From positions 1-24,717 of the IMG/VR virus record IMGVR_UViG_3300025610_000137: a DNA stretch of 24,717 bases; one strand, given 5' to 3'. Numbering within the stretch: the first letter of the stretch is position 1; every line of letters begins with the position of its first letter. Below the pieces are notes generated by a model. The model was not told the DNA's origin. It was given only the letters and a program-made list of their open reading frames with translations, and did no database searches. The translations under genes were made by a program, and so were the position numbers. Of this stretch, positions 24,565-24,717 are shown one piece after another. Origin of the DNA: a virus (Duplodnaviria; Caudoviricetes).

Positions 24565-24717
24565 TTGGCTTCGAAGAACAGACCCAGCCGCTAACAGCTT
24601 GGGAACAGCACAACCTTCTGCCGGTCATGCTCGCCGGACTAAGGACTAAGGTAGGCCAGGATAACGCCGTAACCTCTGGACAGATTATTAACGCGCTGAA
24701 GGCAGAGCCGTTTAATT
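24561..24717 (+). CDS. Hypothetical protein (partial, MIGFEEQTQPLT...)
   Basis: ATGA overlap with the exonuclease stop; frame is open to the window end. Confidence 0.6.
   Translation, partial: MIGFEEQTQPLTAWEQHNLLPVMLAGLRTKVGQDNAVTSGQIINALKAEPFN

Noticed and set aside
1-24717. Stop-codon recoding, integrase, lysis genes, diversity-generating retroelement
   Set aside because: Genes are intact in the standard code and use all three stops; no integrase, endolysin or reverse transcriptase motifs appear in this window.

Overview
This window is part of a tailed dsDNA phage (or prophage) genome, siphovirus-like. The host is probably Bacteroidota/Flavobacteria, judging from TAnnTTTG -7 promoter boxes and A-rich start regions without Shine-Dalgarno sequences. 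Bases 1-23069 are transcribed on the minus strand. In order: small early ORFs, SF2 helicase, DNA methyltransferase, replication initiator with internal repeats, two glycosyltransferase-like genes, TerS, TerL, HK97-type portal, Mu gpF-like protein, prohead protease, major capsid, head-tail genes (with a third glycosyltransferase inserted), tail tube, G/GT chaperones with a -1 frameshift site, a short tape measure, and tail/fibre proteins. From 23219 a divergent plus-strand operon encodes a Rad52-like annealase and a YqaJ-like exonuclease. The most unusual signal is non-coding. Two related promoter / ~65-70 nt RNA / terminator cassettes (about 6834-6909 and 9599-9679) sit between late genes. Their predicted transcripts are complementary to the translation-start region of a 64-aa moron (9715-9909) and partly to several early-gene start regions, suggesting a phage-encoded trans-acting antisense sRNA system. 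Also notable: a structured leader RNA before the replication gene, a peptide motif shared by two unrelated tail proteins, and apparent total CTAG avoidance. All calls are from reading by eye; no database searches were run.
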